This document shows, piece after piece, positions 11,620-23,050 of a stretch of DNA of 38,769 bases (the stretch's first letter is position 1; each line of letters starts with the position of its first letter). The notes under the pieces are model-generated. The model was not told where the DNA came from. It worked only from the letters and a program-made list of their open reading frames with translations, and ran no database searches. The stretch is from an uncultured Alphaproteobacteria bacterium (GTDB lineage: Bacteria; Pseudomonadota; Alphaproteobacteria; Rhizobiales; TMED25). The position numbers and the translations under genes were made by a program. The stretch is from contig CALJEH010000072.1 in assembly GCA_938074435.1 (NCBI GenBank), positions 1 through 38,769 on the forward strand, in the 5' to 3' direction.

Positions 11620-13695
11620 ATGGCAAGATCAAATCCTATCGAAGACTACAGAAATATTGGTATCATGGCTCACATTGATGCTGGTAAAACTACTACAACA
11701 GAAAGAATTCTGTACTACACGGGAAAAAGTCATAAAATCGGTGAGGTGCACGATGGTGCAGCCACTATGGATTGGATGGAGCAAGAACAAGAAAGAGGAA
11801 TTACAATTACCTCAGCAGCTACAACGACATACTGGAATGATAAAAGAATAAATATAATTGATACACCAGGACACGTTGATTTCACAATTGAAGTAGAACG
11901 ATCTCTTCGAGTTCTAGACGGTGCCGTCGCTCTCCTTGATGCTAATGCAGGTGTGGAGCCCCAAACAGAAACAGTTTGGAGGCAAGCAAACAAATATAAT
12001 GTTCCAAGAATGATCTTTGTAAATAAAATGGATAAGATTGGTGCTGATTTTGATAGATCTGTTGAAATGGTTAAAGAGAGATTGGGTGCGACTCCATTAG
12101 TTTTACAAATTCCAATTGGATCTGAAACAAATCTCAAGGGTGTGGTTGATTTAATTGAAATGCGAGCAATTGTATGGGAAGATGAAAGTCTGGGAGCAAA
12201 ATTCAATTATGAGGAAATCCCAGCAGATCTCCTTGAAAAATCAAATAAATATCGTGAACTTCTTGTAGAGACAGTTGTTGAATTAGATGAAACGGTGATG
12301 GAAAAGTATCTCGAAGGTGAAGAAATTGATGTTGCTACCATTAAGTCATTAATCCGCAAAGGTACATGCCACAATACATTTTACCCTGTATTCTGTGGGT
12401 CAGCATTTAAAAATAAAGGCGTACAGCCATTACTAGACGGTGTTATAGATTATCTTCCTTCTCCAATGGATGTTGAACAAATAAAGGGTATAGATCTAAA
12501 AACTGAAACAGATATTCTCGTTAAATCCTCAGATAGTGAAAACGTTTCTTTGCTGGCGTTCAAGGTTATGAATGATCCATTTGTTGGCTCTTTAACTTTC
12601 TGTAGAATATATTCAGGTAAAGTTGAAAGCGGTATGCAATTACTCAACTCTGTAAAAGACAAAAAAGAAAGAGTTGGTAGGATGCTGCTAATGCACTCAA
12701 ATTCTAGAGAGGATATAAAAGAGGCTTATGCTGGAGATATTGTTGCATTAGCCGGTTTAAAACTTACAACAACTGGCGATACTCTCTGCGACCCTTCTCA
12801 TCCAATAGTTTTGGAAAGGATGGAGTTTCCTGAGCCTGTTATCGAAATAGCAGTAGAACCAAAAACAAAAGGCGACCAAGAAAAAATGGGAGCCGCACTT
12901 GCAAGGCTTGCACAGGAAGACCCATCATTTAGAGTTTCATCTGATGATGAATCAGGGCAGACAATCATCAAAGGTATGGGGGAACTGCATCTTGATATTC
13001 TCGTAGATAGAATGAAGAGAGAGTTCAAAGTTGATGCAAATATTGGCGCTCCTCAAGTTGCCTATAGAGAGACAATTACTAAGCCATCTGAAGTAGACTA
13101 TACGCATAAAAAACAATCAGGTGGTGCAGGGCAGTTTGCGCGTGTTAAAATGACAGTCAGCCCAGGCGAAACAGGAACTGGTTTCGTCTTTGAGAATAAA
13201 ATTGTTGGTGGTGCTATTCCAAAAGAATATATCCCTGGAGTCGAGAAAGGGATTGCATCTGTATTGGATAATGGAGTTCTAGCTGGGTTCCCACTTTTAG
13301 ATATACATGTGGTTCTGCATGATGGTGCATATCACGATGTTGACTCATCAGTTATGGCTTTTGAAATTGCTGGAAGAGCTGCATTTAGGGAAGCTGCCCA
13401 ATCTGCCGCACCGAAACTTTTAGAACCAATTATGGATGTTGAAGTTGTAACACCTGAAGAATATATGGGTGATGTGATTGGTGACTTAAATTCACGCAGA
13501 GGTCAGATTGCGGGCACAGAAGCACGATCAAATGCTACTGTAATAAAATCAAAGGTTCCATTAGCTAATATGTTTGGTTATGTAAGTCATCTTCGTTCAA
13601 TGAGTCAAGGACGCGCTCAATTCACTATGCAGTTTGATCATTACGAGCAGGTGCCACAGGCTGTTTCAGACCAAGTTATTGCAAAGTTTGCTTAA
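11620..13695 (+). CDS. fusA: translation elongation factor G
   Basis: 691-aa ORF with GTPase motifs [17 protein letters not shown] and NKMD, plus EF-G domains IV/V (e.g. HDVDSS). Confidence 0.98.
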   Translation: MARSNPIEDYRNIGIMAHIDAGKTTTTERILYYTGKSHKIGEVHDGAATMDWMEQEQERGITITSAATTTYWNDKRINIIDTPGHVDFTIEVERSLRVLDGAVALLDANAGVEPQTETVWRQANKYNVPRMIFVNKMDKIGADFDRSVEMVKERLGATPLVLQIPIGSETNLKGVVDLIEMRAIVWEDESLGAKFNYEEIPADLLEKSNKYRELLVETVVELDETVMEKYLEGEEIDVATIKSLIRKGTCHNTFYPVFCGSAFKNKGVQPLLDGVIDYLPSPMDVEQIKGIDLKTETDILVKSSDSENVSLLAFKVMNDPFVGSLTFCRIYSGKVESGMQLLNSVKDKKERVGRMLLMHSNSREDIKEAYAGDIVALAGLKLTTTGDTLCDPSHPIVLERMEFPEPVIEIAVEPKTKGDQEKMGAALARLAQEDPSFRVSSDDESGQTIIKGMGELHLDILVDRMKREFKVDANIGAPQVAYRETITKPSEVDYTHKKQSGGAGQFARVKMTVSPGETGTGFVFENKIVGGAIPKEYIPGVEKGIASVLDNGVLAGFPLLDIHVVLHDGAYHDVDSSVMAFEIAGRAAFREAAQSAAPKLLEPIMDVEVVTPEEYMGDVIGDLNSRRGQIAGTEARSNATVIKSKVPLANMFGYVSHLRSMSQGRAQFTMQFDHYEQVPQAVSDQVIAKFA

Positions 13696-13711
13696 ATAGA
13701 AAGAATTAAAT

Positions 13712-14020
13712 ATGCAGGGACAGAATATACGTATCAGACTTAAAGCTTATGACCATAGGCTGCTGGACAACTCCACTTTAGAAATAGTTAATACCGCAAA
13801 GAGAACGGGAGCCAGTGTAAGAGGTCCTATACCCTTACCAAGGAGAATTGAAAAATTCACTGTACTCCGTGGCCCACATATTGATAAAAAAAGTAGAGAA
13901 CAATTTGAAATAAGAACTTACAAAAGACTTCTTGATATTGTTGATCCTACTCCGCAAACAGTTGACGCTCTTATGAAATTAGATTTGTCAGCTGGTGTTA
14001 ATGTAGAAATTAAATTATAG
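13712..14020 (+). CDS. rpsJ: 30S ribosomal protein S10
   Basis: 102-aa ORF with [14 protein letters not shown] and [29 protein letters not shown]. Starts 16 nt after fusA. Confidence 0.97.
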   Translation: MQGQNIRIRLKAYDHRLLDNSTLEIVNTAKRTGASVRGPIPLPRRIEKFTVLRGPHIDKKSREQFEIRTYKRLLDIVDPTPQTVDALMKLDLSAGVNVEIKL

Positions 14021-14034
14021 GATTTATTACTAAG

Positions 14035-14907
14035 ATGAGAGTTGGATTGATTGCAGAAAAATTAGGAATGATGAGAGTGTTTACTGACGCTGGGCAGCAC
14101 ATACCTGTTACAGTGTTATCAATAGCAAATTGTCAAGTTGTCTCTCATAAGACAAAAGAGCTAGATGGTTATTCTGCTTTACAACTTGGGGCTGGTTCGC
14201 CTAAAACAAAAAATGTAACAAAACCTATGCGTGGGCATTTTGCAAAAAATAAAGTTGAGCCAAAATCAAAGCTAGTAGAATTTAGGGTCGACGATGATAA
14301 ATTTATTCAGATTGGTTTAAAAATGAAAGCCGATCATTTTGTCCCTGGTCAAAAAGTAGATGTGACTGGTACTAGTATTGGTAAGGGGTTTGCGGGTGCA
14401 ATGAAGCGCCATAACTTTGCTGGTCTTAGAGCCTCACATGGTGTTTCAATTAGTCACAGAAGTCATGGATCAACAGGACAATGTCAGGACCCAGGCAAGG
14501 TTTTTAAGGGTAAAAAAATGGCCGGTCATTTGGGGGCTGCAAAAGTAACAGTTCAAAATTTATTAATTCATTCGGTTGATGTAGAAAAGGGTCTTATTTT
14601 TGTTCACGGTGCTGTGCCTGGGCATAGTGGTGGTTGGGTAACAATCAAGGACTCTGTAAAGCTGATACCATCAATTGAGCTTCCTCAGCCGGGTAGTTTT
14701 ATTGATCCAGATGCATTAAAGTCTGATGTTGTTGAGGATAATTCAGAAAGTAAAATTGAAATAGATGCTTTAAAAGATGAAGTAAAAACTGATGCAGAAA
14801 CAGATGCGTCAGATAATGATAATGATCAAAATAAAGATGTGAAAACTGTTGTTGATCAACAAGAACATTCATCAATTGGCAATCCTGAGGATGGTGAACA
14901 AAAATGA
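14035..14907 (+). CDS. rplC: 50S ribosomal protein L3 with a long acidic C-terminal extension
   Basis: 290-aa ORF. The core [17 protein letters not shown]...[19 protein letters not shown]...[20 protein letters not shown] is canonical L3 and ends near aa 210. About 80 further D/E-rich residues follow in frame up to the ATGA overlap with rplD. Confidence 0.93.
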   Translation: MRVGLIAEKLGMMRVFTDAGQHIPVTVLSIANCQVVSHKTKELDGYSALQLGAGSPKTKNVTKPMRGHFAKNKVEPKSKLVEFRVDDDKFIQIGLKMKADHFVPGQKVDVTGTSIGKGFAGAMKRHNFAGLRASHGVSISHRSHGSTGQCQDPGKVFKGKKMAGHLGAAKVTVQNLLIHSVDVEKGLIFVHGAVPGHSGGWVTIKDSVKLIPSIELPQPGSFIDPDALKSDVVEDNSESKIEIDALKDEVKTDAETDASDNDNDQNKDVKTVVDQQEHSSIGNPEDGEQK

Positions 14908-15527
14908 AAATGAATGTTATTGATATATCATCTAAAACGTCCGGCACTATCGATCTTAAAGATACAATATTCGGACTAGATCCTAGAAAAGATATTTTGC
15001 ATAGAACGGTTGTTTATCAATTAGCAAAAAGAAGATCTGGAACCCATAAAGTAAAAAATAGATCTGAAATTACAGCAACTACAAAAAAAATGTACAAACA
15101 AAAAGGTACTGGTAGTGCACGTCATGGATCAAAAAAAGTCCCTCAATTTAGGGGTGGTGGAAGAGCATTTGGTCCTACACCAAGAGACCATTCTATAAAG
15201 CTTACAAAGAAATTCAGAAAACTTGCATTGAAACATGCTTTATCGGCGAAGATAAAAGAAGGTAATGTGGTGATACTGAACGAAGCCAAGCTAAAAAGCC
15301 CAAAAACAGCAGAGCTGGTTAAAAGTTTGGATAAGTTATCAGTAACCTCAGCTTTATTCCTTGATGCCATTGAATTTGATAAAAATTTTGAGTTAGCGTC
15401 CATGAATATCCCCAATATAGATATTCTTCCTGTTCACGGGATGAATGTTTATGACATTCTAAAAAGGGATAAACTGTTTATTACTAAAAATGCTATAACA
15501 GAAATTGAGGGTCGTTTAGATGAATGA
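14904..15527 (+). CDS. rplD: 50S ribosomal protein L4
   Basis: 207-aa ORF with [12 protein letters not shown] and [16 protein letters not shown] start/stop overlap with rplC. Confidence 0.95.
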   Translation: MKMNVIDISSKTSGTIDLKDTIFGLDPRKDILHRTVVYQLAKRRSGTHKVKNRSEITATTKKMYKQKGTGSARHGSKKVPQFRGGGRAFGPTPRDHSIKLTKKFRKLALKHALSAKIKEGNVVILNEAKLKSPKTAELVKSLDKLSVTSALFLDAIEFDKNFELASMNIPNIDILPVHGMNVYDILKRDKLFITKNAITEIEGRLDE

Positions 15528-15819
15528 AATAGATTTATATGACATTATAAGAAACCCAGTGATTACTGAAAAGGCGACCTTGGTATCTGAAAATGGTCAA
15601 GTAATTTTTGATGTTTCAAAAACGGCAACAAAAACACAAATAAAAGAGGCCATAGAAACTCTCTTTAAAGTAAAAGTTAAATCAGTAAACACTCTAATAC
15701 GTAAGGGAAAGGTTAAGCGTTTTAAGGGAAGAATTGGTAAAAGATCTGACGTTAAAAAGGCAATCGTATCACTTGAAGATGGTCAGAACTTTGATTTCAC
15801 AACAGGTATAAGTGGATAA
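15520..15819 (+). CDS. rplW: 50S ribosomal protein L23
   Basis: 99-aa ORF with [12 protein letters not shown] and [10 protein letters not shown]. Position between rplD and rplB; 8-nt overlap with rplD. Confidence 0.93.
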   Translation: MNEIDLYDIIRNPVITEKATLVSENGQVIFDVSKTATKTQIKEAIETLFKVKVKSVNTLIRKGKVKRFKGRIGKRSDVKKAIVSLEDGQNFDFTTGISG

Positions 15820-15823
15820 TATT

Positions 15824-16660
15824 ATGGCATTAAAATCATTTAAACCAAATACACCAGGGCAAAGAGGACTAGTATTAGTATCCAAGGTTGATCTATGGGG
15901 TGGTAAACCTGAAAAAACCCTTACTGTTGGTCTAACAAAATCTGGTGGAAGAAATAATAATGGTAGGGTAACCGCTAGAAGAAGGGGCGGTGGGCACAAG
16001 AGATTATATAGGATTATTGATTTTAAAAGAAATCACCATGATATTCCTGCAACAGTTCAGAGAATAGAATATGATCCTAATAGATCTGCATTCATAGCGC
16101 TTCTAACATATGAAGATGGCACTAAATCTTATATTTTAGCTCCACAAAGATTATCCGTTGGAGATGTAATTATTTCAGGTCCAAAAGCGGATATCAAGCC
16201 TGGAAATGCTCTGCCTTTATCAAATATTCCCATTGGTACTATAATTCATAACGTTGAACTTAAGCCTGGTAAAGGGGGACAAATAGCACGTTCTGCAGGG
16301 ACCTATGTTCAACTTGTTGGGAGAGATCAAGCATATTCAATTTTAAGATTAAACTCCGGTGAACAAAGAATGACTAGATCAGAGTGTATGGCAACAATCG
16401 GTGCTGTATCAAACCCTGATAATAAGAATATTAAACTAGCAAAAGCTGGAAGATCCCGTTGGCTAGGTAAAAGACCATCTGTTCGTGGTGTCGCTATGAA
16501 CCCTATAGACCATCCACATGGAGGTGGGGAAGGTAAAACTTCTGGAGGTAGGCATCCAGTTACACCATGGGGTAAACCAACCAAAGGTAAAAAAACCAGA
16601 AGTAATAAGTCTACTGACAAGCTGATACTTAGAAGCAGGCATTTGAAAAAGAAAAGGTAA
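15824..16660 (+). CDS. rplB: 50S ribosomal protein L2
   Basis: The ORF track starts at 15812. The in-frame ATG at 15824 gives the canonical [15 protein letters not shown] start (278 aa). Contains [15 protein letters not shown] and [21 protein letters not shown]. Confidence 0.96.
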   Translation: MALKSFKPNTPGQRGLVLVSKVDLWGGKPEKTLTVGLTKSGGRNNNGRVTARRRGGGHKRLYRIIDFKRNHHDIPATVQRIEYDPNRSAFIALLTYEDGTKSYILAPQRLSVGDVIISGPKADIKPGNALPLSNIPIGTIIHNVELKPGKGGQIARSAGTYVQLVGRDQAYSILRLNSGEQRMTRSECMATIGAVSNPDNKNIKLAKAGRSRWLGKRPSVRGVAMNPIDHPHGGGEGKTSGGRHPVTPWGKPTKGKKTRSNKSTDKLILRSRHLKKKR

Positions 16661-16667
16661 AATATAA

Positions 16668-16946
16668 ATGGCTAGGTCAATCTGGAAAGGACCGTTTGTT
16701 GACGGTTATTTGTTAAAGAAAGCTGAGAATGCTAGAGCATCAGGCCGTAATGATGTGATTAAAATTTGGTCAAGAAGGTCAACGATCCTTCCTCAGTTTG
16801 TTGGATTAACTTTTGGTGTTCATAATGGCCAAAAACATATTCCTGTTCTAGTCACTGAAGAAATGGTTGGTAGAAAGTTTGGTGAGTTCTCTCCTACAAG
16901 AACTTATTACGGTCATCTTGCGGACAAGAAAGCTAAAAGGAAATAA
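16668..16946 (+). CDS. rpsS: 30S ribosomal protein S19
   Basis: 92-aa ORF starting [12 protein letters not shown], with [27 protein letters not shown]. Confidence 0.97.
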   Translation: MARSIWKGPFVDGYLLKKAENARASGRNDVIKIWSRRSTILPQFVGLTFGVHNGQKHIPVLVTEEMVGRKFGEFSPTRTYYGHLADKKAKRK

Positions 16947-16948
16947 TT

Positions 16949-17320
16949 ATGGTCCAAAAATTACAAGAAGGTATGGCTTTAGCTACAACAAAAAATATAA
17001 AAATTAGCATGCAGAAATTAAACCTTGTTGCTGCTATGATTAGAGGAAAAAAAGTTGATAAAGCAATTAATGATCTACAGTTTTCAAGAAAGCGCATTGC
17101 GCAAGATGTACTAAAAACTCTAAAATCTGCCATAGCAAATGCTGAAAACAACCATAATTTAGATATTGATGAGCTATACGTAAACGAGGCTTATGTCGGC
17201 AAGAATTTAGTACTTAAAAGGTGGAAGCCAAGAGCAAGAGGTAGAGTTGGAAGAATTCAAAAACCATTCAGCCAACTTACTGTTGTTGTTAAACAACTTG
17301 ATAATGAGGAAGCGAAGTAA
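16949..17320 (+). CDS. rplV: 50S ribosomal protein L22
   Basis: 123-aa ORF with [25 protein letters not shown]. The start may instead be the internal ATG at 16973. Confidence 0.93.
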   Translation: MVQKLQEGMALATTKNIKISMQKLNLVAAMIRGKKVDKAINDLQFSRKRIAQDVLKTLKSAIANAENNHNLDIDELYVNEAYVGKNLVLKRWKPRARGRVGRIQKPFSQLTVVVKQLDNEEAK

Positions 17321-18021
17321 TGGGTCAAAAAGTATCTCCAATAGCACTAAGACTTGGAATAAACAGAACGTGGGACTCACGCTGGTTTGCCGAGAAAAAT
17401 GAATATCCGAAACTTCTTATGGAAGATAGAAAAATAAGAAGCTTAGTCAACGGTTTAAAATCGACAGCAGCAATTTCTAAAATTGTTATTGAGCGTCCCC
17501 ATAAGAAATGTAACGTTACAATTTATTCCGCAAGACCGGGGATTTTGATTGGTAAGAAAGGTTCAGATATTGAACTTATAAAAAACAAAATAAAAAAAAT
17601 AACTAATACAGACGTATCAATAAATATACTCGAAGTCAAAAAACCTGAAATAGATGCAACTTTAGTTGCTGAGTCAATTGCACAGCAGCTAGAAAGAAGG
17701 GTTGCGTTTAGAAGGGCTATGAAAAGAGCGGTGCAAACAGCGTTAAGAATGGGTGCTGGGGGAATCAGAATAAACTGTGGTGGAAGACTTGGTGGCGCTG
17801 AAATTGCAAGAACAGAATGGTATAGGGAAGGAAGAGTACCACTTCATACATTAAGAGCAAATGTCGATTATGGTGTTGCAACTGCTCAAACAACATATGG
17901 TGCAATTGGAATTAAAGTATGGATTTTTAAAGGCGAGGTACTTGAACATGATCCTATGGCTCAAGAAAAAAGTATAACTGGCAATCAAGATCAAGCTCGT
18001 TCAGCTAAGGTAGAAATCTAG
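17320..18021 (+). CDS. rpsC: 30S ribosomal protein S3
   Basis: 233-aa ORF starting [14 protein letters not shown], with [37 protein letters not shown] overlap with rplV. Confidence 0.97.
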   Translation: MGQKVSPIALRLGINRTWDSRWFAEKNEYPKLLMEDRKIRSLVNGLKSTAAISKIVIERPHKKCNVTIYSARPGILIGKKGSDIELIKNKIKKITNTDVSINILEVKKPEIDATLVAESIAQQLERRVAFRRAMKRAVQTALRMGAGGIRINCGGRLGGAEIARTEWYREGRVPLHTLRANVDYGVATAQTTYGAIGIKVWIFKGEVLEHDPMAQEKSITGNQDQARSAKVEI

Positions 18022-18031
18022 GGAATTAATC

Positions 18032-18451
18032 ATGCTACAACCAAAGAGAACTAAATTCAGAAAAATGCATAAGGGAAGAATCAGCGGTAATGCCAAGGGT
18101 GGGTTTGCTCTAAATTTTGGATCATATGGTTTAAAATCATTAGAACCATCCCGAGTGACTGCTAGGCAAATTGAAGCTGCCAGACGTGCAATGACTAGAC
18201 ATATGAAAAGAGCTGGCAGAGTTTGGATAAGAATATTTCCTGATGTTCCTGTTTCAAAAAAACCTACAGAAGTTAGGATGGGTAAAGGAAAAGGATCAGT
18301 GGAATATTGGGCAGCAAAAGTTAAACCAGGAAGAATGATGTTTGAGATAGATGGTGTGCCAGTTGATGTAGCCCGTGAGGCATTGTCACTTGCAGCTGCA
18401 AAATTACCGGTTAAATGTAAATTTGTATCAAGAATAAGTGATGTTAATTAG
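18032..18451 (+). CDS. rplP: 50S ribosomal protein L16
   Basis: 139-aa ORF starting [16 protein letters not shown], with [24 protein letters not shown]. Confidence 0.97.
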   Translation: MLQPKRTKFRKMHKGRISGNAKGGFALNFGSYGLKSLEPSRVTARQIEAARRAMTRHMKRAGRVWIRIFPDVPVSKKPTEVRMGKGKGSVEYWAAKVKPGRMMFEIDGVPVDVAREALSLAAAKLPVKCKFVSRISDVN

Positions 18452-18462
18452 GTTCTAGAATT

Positions 18463-18666
18463 ATGAAGATAAGTGAAATAAGAGAGTTATCAAAAGATCA
18501 AATTACCGATGAACTCGTAAAATTTAAAAAAGAGCAATTAAATTTGCGTTTTCAAAAAACTAGTGGTCAATTAGACAATACGGCGAGGGTTAGATTTGTG
18601 AGAAGAACAATAGCAAAACTTAAGACAATACAAAACGAGAAAAACATAATACAGGAGAAGAAATAA
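18463..18666 (+). CDS. rpmC: 50S ribosomal protein L29
   Basis: 67-aa ORF with [26 protein letters not shown]. Position between rplP and rpsQ. Confidence 0.92.
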   Translation: MKISEIRELSKDQITDELVKFKKEQLNLRFQKTSGQLDNTARVRFVRRTIAKLKTIQNEKNIIQEKK

Positions 18667-18890
18667 TGCCAAAGAGAATACTCTCAGGTGTTGTAGAAAA
18701 TAATAGTCTCGACAAAACGATAGTAGTACGAGTTGAAAGAAGGTTTATTGACCCTCTATTAAAGAAAACTGTTAGAAGGTCTAAAAAATATCATGCACAT
18801 GATGAGGAAAATAAATACAACACCGGAGATCAAGTGCGTATTCAAGAATCAAGACCATACTCTAAACTCAAAAGATGGATAGTTTTATAG
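18666..18890 (+). CDS. rpsQ: 30S ribosomal protein S17
   Basis: 74-aa ORF with [36 protein letters not shown]-type 1-nt overlap with rpmC. Confidence 0.95.
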   Translation: MPKRILSGVVENNSLDKTIVVRVERRFIDPLLKKTVRRSKKYHAHDEENKYNTGDQVRIQESRPYSKLKRWIVL

Positions 18891-18912
18891 GATATTAAAG
18901 GGACAATAGAAA

Positions 18913-19281
18913 ATGATCCAAATGCAAACAAATCTAAGCGTAGCTGATAACTCTGGTGCTAAAAGAGTTCAATGTATAAAGGTGCTTGGTGGTTCAAAAA
19001 GAAAAACAGCTCACATTGGTGACACAATAGTCGTTACTGTGAAAGAGGCAATCCCACGTGGTAGAGTGAAAAAAGGTGATGTGCTTAAAGCTGTAATCGT
19101 TAGAACTGCAAAAGGGATCTTAAGGAATGATGGAACAGCAATAAGATTTGATGGAAATGCTGCTGTTTTAATTAATAACCAGGGTGAGCCTATCGGGACA
19201 AGAATTTTTGGACCTATTACAAGAGAATTAAGGGCAAAAAATCACATGAAAATTATATCACTTGCACCGGAGGTGCTCTAA
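18913..19281 (+). CDS. rplN: 50S ribosomal protein L14
   Basis: 122-aa ORF starting [27 protein letters not shown]. Confidence 0.98.
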   Translation: MIQMQTNLSVADNSGAKRVQCIKVLGGSKRKTAHIGDTIVVTVKEAIPRGRVKKGDVLKAVIVRTAKGILRNDGTAIRFDGNAAVLINNQGEPIGTRIFGPITRELRAKNHMKIISLAPEVL

Positions 19282-19601
19282 TGGCAGCTAAAATTAAAAA
19301 AGGAGATAATGTCATAGTTCTTGTTGGCAAAGATAAGGGTAGAACCGGTACTGTCCTTACAGTATTTCCTGGTGAAAATAAATTAATCGTTCAAGGTATT
19401 AGTATTAAGAAAAAGCACCAAAAACAAACACAAACACAGCAAGGTGGAATTATAGAAAAAGAGGGTAAAATCCATGTTTCAAATGTTGCCTTAATAGATC
19501 CAAAAGACTCAAAAGCATCAAAAGTAGGATTTAAATTACAAAAAGATGGACAAAAAGTTAGATTCTATAAAAAGTCTGGGGAGCTAATAGATGACAAATA
19601 A
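19281..19601 (+). CDS. rplX: 50S ribosomal protein L24
   Basis: 106-aa ORF with KOW motif [22 protein letters not shown]. 1-nt overlap with rplN. Confidence 0.95.
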   Translation: MAAKIKKGDNVIVLVGKDKGRTGTVLTVFPGENKLIVQGISIKKKHQKQTQTQQGGIIEKEGKIHVSNVALIDPKDSKASKVGFKLQKDGQKVRFYKKSGELIDDK

Positions 19602-20145
19602 TTATATACCTCGTATGAAAACACATTATGATGATGTCGTAGTAAAGGATTTAATGGATAAATTCAATTACACCAATTCTATGCAAATACCTAAGCTTGA
19701 TAAGATTGTTATCAATATGGGACTTGGGGACGCGGTATCAGAGTCTAAGAAAGCGGATGTAGCTATTGAAGCACTCGGTCTTATTGCGGGACAAAAACCA
19801 GTTTTTACAAGAGCAAAAAAATCGATTGCTAACTTCAAATTAAGAGAAGGAATGGTGATAGGAACAAAAGTAACGCTTAGAAAATCTAGGATGTATGATT
19901 TTGTTGATCGATTAATAACAATAGCACTACCAAGAGTAAGAGATTTTAGGGGTATAAGTTCAAAAAGTTTTGATGGTAATGGTAATTACGCAATGGGAAT
20001 TAAGGAGCATATTGTGTTTCCAGAGATTAATTATGACAAAGTAGATGTCATTAGGGGTATGGATATAATCATTTGTACAACAGCTCAAACAGACGAAGAA
20101 GCAAAATTATTGTTATCAGGGTTGAATTTCCCGTTTAGGAATTAG
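19591..20145 (+). CDS. rplE: 50S ribosomal protein L5
   Basis: 184-aa ORF with [35 protein letters not shown] and [20 protein letters not shown]. 11-nt overlap with rplX. The alternative start ATG 19615 would remove the overlap but truncate conserved residues. Confidence 0.95.
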   Translation: MTNNYIPRMKTHYDDVVVKDLMDKFNYTNSMQIPKLDKIVINMGLGDAVSESKKADVAIEALGLIAGQKPVFTRAKKSIANFKLREGMVIGTKVTLRKSRMYDFVDRLITIALPRVRDFRGISSKSFDGNGNYAMGIKEHIVFPEINYDKVDVIRGMDIIICTTAQTDEEAKLLLSGLNFPFRN

Positions 20146-20159
20146 TAATAGGAGCAAAA

Positions 20160-20465
20160 ATGTCTAAGGTAAGTATTACAGAAAGAAATAAGAAAAGATG
20201 GAATTTGAGCAAAAAATACTCTGCAAAGAGAACTGCGCTTAAAGAGCTATCAAAAAATAAAACTTTATCAATGGAAGAACGTTTTCAAGCTGCCGTAAAA
20301 CTTGCAAAACTTCCAAGAAATTCAGCTCCTACAAGATATAGAAATAGATGCGCTATTACCGGTAGGCCACGTGGATATTATAGAAAACTAGGAGTGTCCA
20401 GAATCGCAGTTAGAGACTTAACCGCAGAAAGCCAAATACCTGGTATGACAAAGTCAAGTTGGTGA
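20160..20465 (+). CDS. rpsN: 30S ribosomal protein S14 (long, non-zinc C- type)
   Basis: 101-aa ORF with [27 protein letters not shown]...SSW. It has a single Cys, so no CxxC pairs. Confidence 0.95.
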   Translation: MSKVSITERNKKRWNLSKKYSAKRTALKELSKNKTLSMEERFQAAVKLAKLPRNSAPTRYRNRCAITGRPRGYYRKLGVSRIAVRDLTAESQIPGMTKSSW

Positions 20466-20475
20466 GGATGTAAAA

Positions 20476-20871
20476 ATGATGACAGATCCATTAGCAGATA
20501 TGCTAACTAGAATAAGAAATGCACTTTTAAGAAAAAAATCAACCGTTCTAACACCTGCTTCCAAGCTTAGGGAAAATGTATTATTAGTGCTGCAGGACGA
20601 AGGTTACATAAGAGGATATACCAGAATAGAGATTGAGGGACAATTTCCTATGTTTGAGATTGAACTTAAATATCATGAAGGAGATTCTGTGATTAAAAGA
20701 TTGGAAAGAGTATCGAAGCCTGGGCGAAGAGTATATTCATCAGTATCAGAACTACCTCGTGTATTCAACGGTTTGGGTGTCTCCATATTATCCACCTCAA
20801 AAGGTGTAATGTCTGATGTTAACGCAAGAGAAGCTAATGTAGGTGGGGAAATACTTTGTAAAGTATTCTAA
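20476..20871 (+). CDS. rpsH: 30S ribosomal protein S8
   Basis: 131-aa ORF with [13 protein letters not shown] and GGEILCKVF. Confidence 0.96.
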   Translation: MMTDPLADMLTRIRNALLRKKSTVLTPASKLRENVLLVLQDEGYIRGYTRIEIEGQFPMFEIELKYHEGDSVIKRLERVSKPGRRVYSSVSELPRVFNGLGVSILSTSKGVMSDVNAREANVGGEILCKVF

Positions 20872-20882
20872 ATGAGGAAAAG

Positions 20883-21416
20883 ATGTCAAGAATTGGAAAA
20901 AAAGTAATAGATATACCTGATAATGTAAAAGCAAATATTACTAATGGTGTTATTACTGTATCAGGTCCTAAAGGTGAATTATCTGCCACACTCTTTGATG
21001 ATGTTGATGTGCAAATTAATGATAGTTCAATTAATGTAATTCCAAAAAGCCCTGATAAAAAAGCACGTTCTTTTTGGGGGTTAACAAGAACATTAATTAG
21101 TAATTTAGTTGCAGGTGTTTCTGAAGGGTTTATAAAAACACTTGAAATTCAAGGAGTTGGCTATAGGGCTCAGGTGCAAGGTAATACACTTCAACTTGCG
21201 CTCGGATTTAGTCATGATGTAAAATATGAGGTTCCAGAAGGAATTGAAATAAAGTGTTCTAAACCTACCGAAATAACAATCGAAGGTATAGATAAACAAA
21301 AAGTTGGACAAACAGCAGCTGAGATCCGAAGATTTAGACCACCTGAGCCTTATAAGGGTAAGGGTATTAGGTACAAAGACGAATACGTATTTAGAAAAGA
21401 AGGTAAGAAAAAATAG
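20883..21416 (+). CDS. rplF: 50S ribosomal protein L6
   Basis: 177-aa ORF starting [12 protein letters not shown], with [21 protein letters not shown] and [11 protein letters not shown]. Confidence 0.96.
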   Translation: MSRIGKKVIDIPDNVKANITNGVITVSGPKGELSATLFDDVDVQINDSSINVIPKSPDKKARSFWGLTRTLISNLVAGVSEGFIKTLEIQGVGYRAQVQGNTLQLALGFSHDVKYEVPEGIEIKCSKPTEITIEGIDKQKVGQTAAEIRRFRPPEPYKGKGIRYKDEYVFRKEGKKK

Positions 21417-21424
21417 AGTTCAAG

Positions 21425-21778
21425 ATGACATATTTAGATATTAAAACAAAAAGAAAAAAAAGAGTAAGAAGAGCTTTGAAAACAAACAAAGATCAAAGAG
21501 CAAGACTGAGCGTTTTTAGGTCTTCCAAAAATATATATGCTCAAGTTATAGATGATGTTAATGGAAGAACTCTAGCATCAGCATCCACCTTAGAAAAAGA
21601 TATACGTAAAACTAATGGTTCTGATGTAAAGGCAGCTGAGAATATTGGTAAATTAATAGCGGAGAGAACACTTAAAGCTGGTGTTGAAAAGGTTGTTTTT
21701 GATAGGAGTGGTTATCTATATCACGGTCGTGTTAAAGCGCTCGCTGACTCTGCTAGAGAAAATGGACTGCAATTTTAA
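21425..21778 (+). CDS. rplR: 50S ribosomal protein L18
   Basis: 117-aa ORF with [18 protein letters not shown] and [28 protein letters not shown]. Confidence 0.96.
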   Translation: MTYLDIKTKRKKRVRRALKTNKDQRARLSVFRSSKNIYAQVIDDVNGRTLASASTLEKDIRKTNGSDVKAAENIGKLIAERTLKAGVEKVVFDRSGYLYHGRVKALADSARENGLQF

Positions 21779-21791
21779 GGAAGTGTAAAGT

Positions 21792-22340
21792 ATGGCAAGA
21801 TCACAAGTAAAGACTAAAGAAGAAAATAATGACCTGATTGATCGTCTTGTTCACATCAATAGAGTGGCAAAAGTTGTAAAAGGTGGACGAAGATTTGGTT
21901 TTGCAGCATTAGTTGTGGTTGGAGACCAAAAGGGAAAAGTTGGTTTTGGACATGGTAAAGCAAAAGAAGTGCCTGAGGCTATAAAAAAGGCAACAGACGA
22001 TGCCAAAAGAGAGATGATTAAAGTGCCACTAAGGGACGGTAGGACACTCCATCATGATGTTCAAGGGCACCATGGGGCAGGTAAAGTCATTTTGAGAACA
22101 GCACCTTCTGGTACTGGTATAATTGCTGGTGGACCAATGAGGGCAATATTTGAAGCATTAGGCGTTCAAGATGTTGTTGCCAAGTCGCAAGGTACATCAA
22201 ATCCTTACAACATGGTTAGAGCAACATTTAATGCGCTCAGAAATGAACAAAGTCCAAGAATGATTGCTTCGAGGAGAGGGCTTAAAGTGAGTAACCTCAT
22301 TACTAGAAGAAAAGAACAAAATGTTGAAGTTGATGGATAG
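21792..22340 (+). CDS. rpsE: 30S ribosomal protein S5
   Basis: 182-aa ORF with [24 protein letters not shown] and [26 protein letters not shown]. Confidence 0.97.
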   Translation: MARSQVKTKEENNDLIDRLVHINRVAKVVKGGRRFGFAALVVVGDQKGKVGFGHGKAKEVPEAIKKATDDAKREMIKVPLRDGRTLHHDVQGHHGAGKVILRTAPSGTGIIAGGPMRAIFEALGVQDVVAKSQGTSNPYNMVRATFNALRNEQSPRMIASRRGLKVSNLITRRKEQNVEVDG

Positions 22341-22344
22341 TAAT

Positions 22345-22533
22345 ATGTCAAATAAAGCAAAAACTATAACAGTAAAGCAAATTGGTAGCTCTATAGGTAG
22401 AAAATTTGACCAAAAACAAACACTAGTTGGGCTTGGTTTAAATAAAATAGGTAGAGTTCGAGAACTAGAAGATACACCTTCTGTAAGAGGTATGGTTAGG
22501 AAAGTAAAACATCTTGTTGAAATAATTGAGTAA
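22345..22533 (+). CDS. rpmD: 50S ribosomal protein L30
   Basis: The ORF track starts at 22321, inside rpsE. ATG 22345, 4 nt after the rpsE stop, gives a 62-aa protein [58 protein letters not shown] of the usual L30 length. Confidence 0.93.
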   Translation: MSNKAKTITVKQIGSSIGRKFDQKQTLVGLGLNKIGRVRELEDTPSVRGMVRKVKHLVEIIE

Positions 22534-22548
22534 AATAGGATTATCATC

Positions 22549-23019
22549 ATGCGATTAAACGAATTATCCGATGTAAACGGAGCTAAAAAAGATCGAAAAA
22601 GAGTTGGTCGAGGAATTGGCTCAGGAACTGGAAAAACTGCTGGCAGAGGGGTCAAAGGACAAAAATCTCGTTCTGGTGTTGCAATAAAGGGCTTTGAAGG
22701 TGGGCAAATGCCGTTACATCGTAGGCTCCCCAAGAGAGGTTTCAATAACATTTTTGCAAAAGAGTACAATATTTTTAATTTGGACAGAATTCAATATTTT
22801 ATCGATAATGGTAAAATAAACGATAAAGAGGTCATTAATACAGAAAATTTACTCAAGGCTAAACTAATTAGTAAAGAAAAGAATGGCCTTAAAATATTAG
22901 GTAGAGGTAATCTAAAATCTAAGGTGGCATTTGAAGTAACTGGTGCCTCAGAAAAGGCTATCAAATTAATAGAGGAATCAGGTAGTAAGATTACGATTAT
23001 TGGTTCTGCTGAAAAATAA
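22549..23019 (+). CDS. rplO: 50S ribosomal protein L15
   Basis: 156-aa ORF with GRGIGSGTGKTAGRGVKGQKSRSG and GGQMPLHRRLPKRGF. Confidence 0.96.
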   Translation: MRLNELSDVNGAKKDRKRVGRGIGSGTGKTAGRGVKGQKSRSGVAIKGFEGGQMPLHRRLPKRGFNNIFAKEYNIFNLDRIQYFIDNGKINDKEVINTENLLKAKLISKEKNGLKILGRGNLKSKVAFEVTGASEKAIKLIEESGSKITIIGSAEK

Positions 23020-23050
23020 GACAACATAGAAATAATCATTGTGGTAATTT

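Noticed and set aside
11730-12206. 158-aa minus-strand ORF inside fusA. Similar ORFs lie at 4693-5115 and 3220-3492 in rpoB, 9295-9702 in rpoC, 31691-32089 over clpS/clpA, 35115-35477 in the FemAB-like gene, and 30977-31237 in the PBP gene.
   Set aside because: All lie fully antisense (or out of frame) within well-supported conserved genes. They have S/L/I-rich compositions and no start context or motifs, so I treat them as non-coding shadow ORFs.
22197-22769. 190-aa minus-strand ORF spanning the rpsE end, rpmD and the rplO start
   Set aside because: It is antisense to three strongly conserved ribosomal protein genes. Its product is low-complexity (P/S/F/L-rich) with no recognisable motif. 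It is a typical shadow ORF of a highly constrained sense frame.
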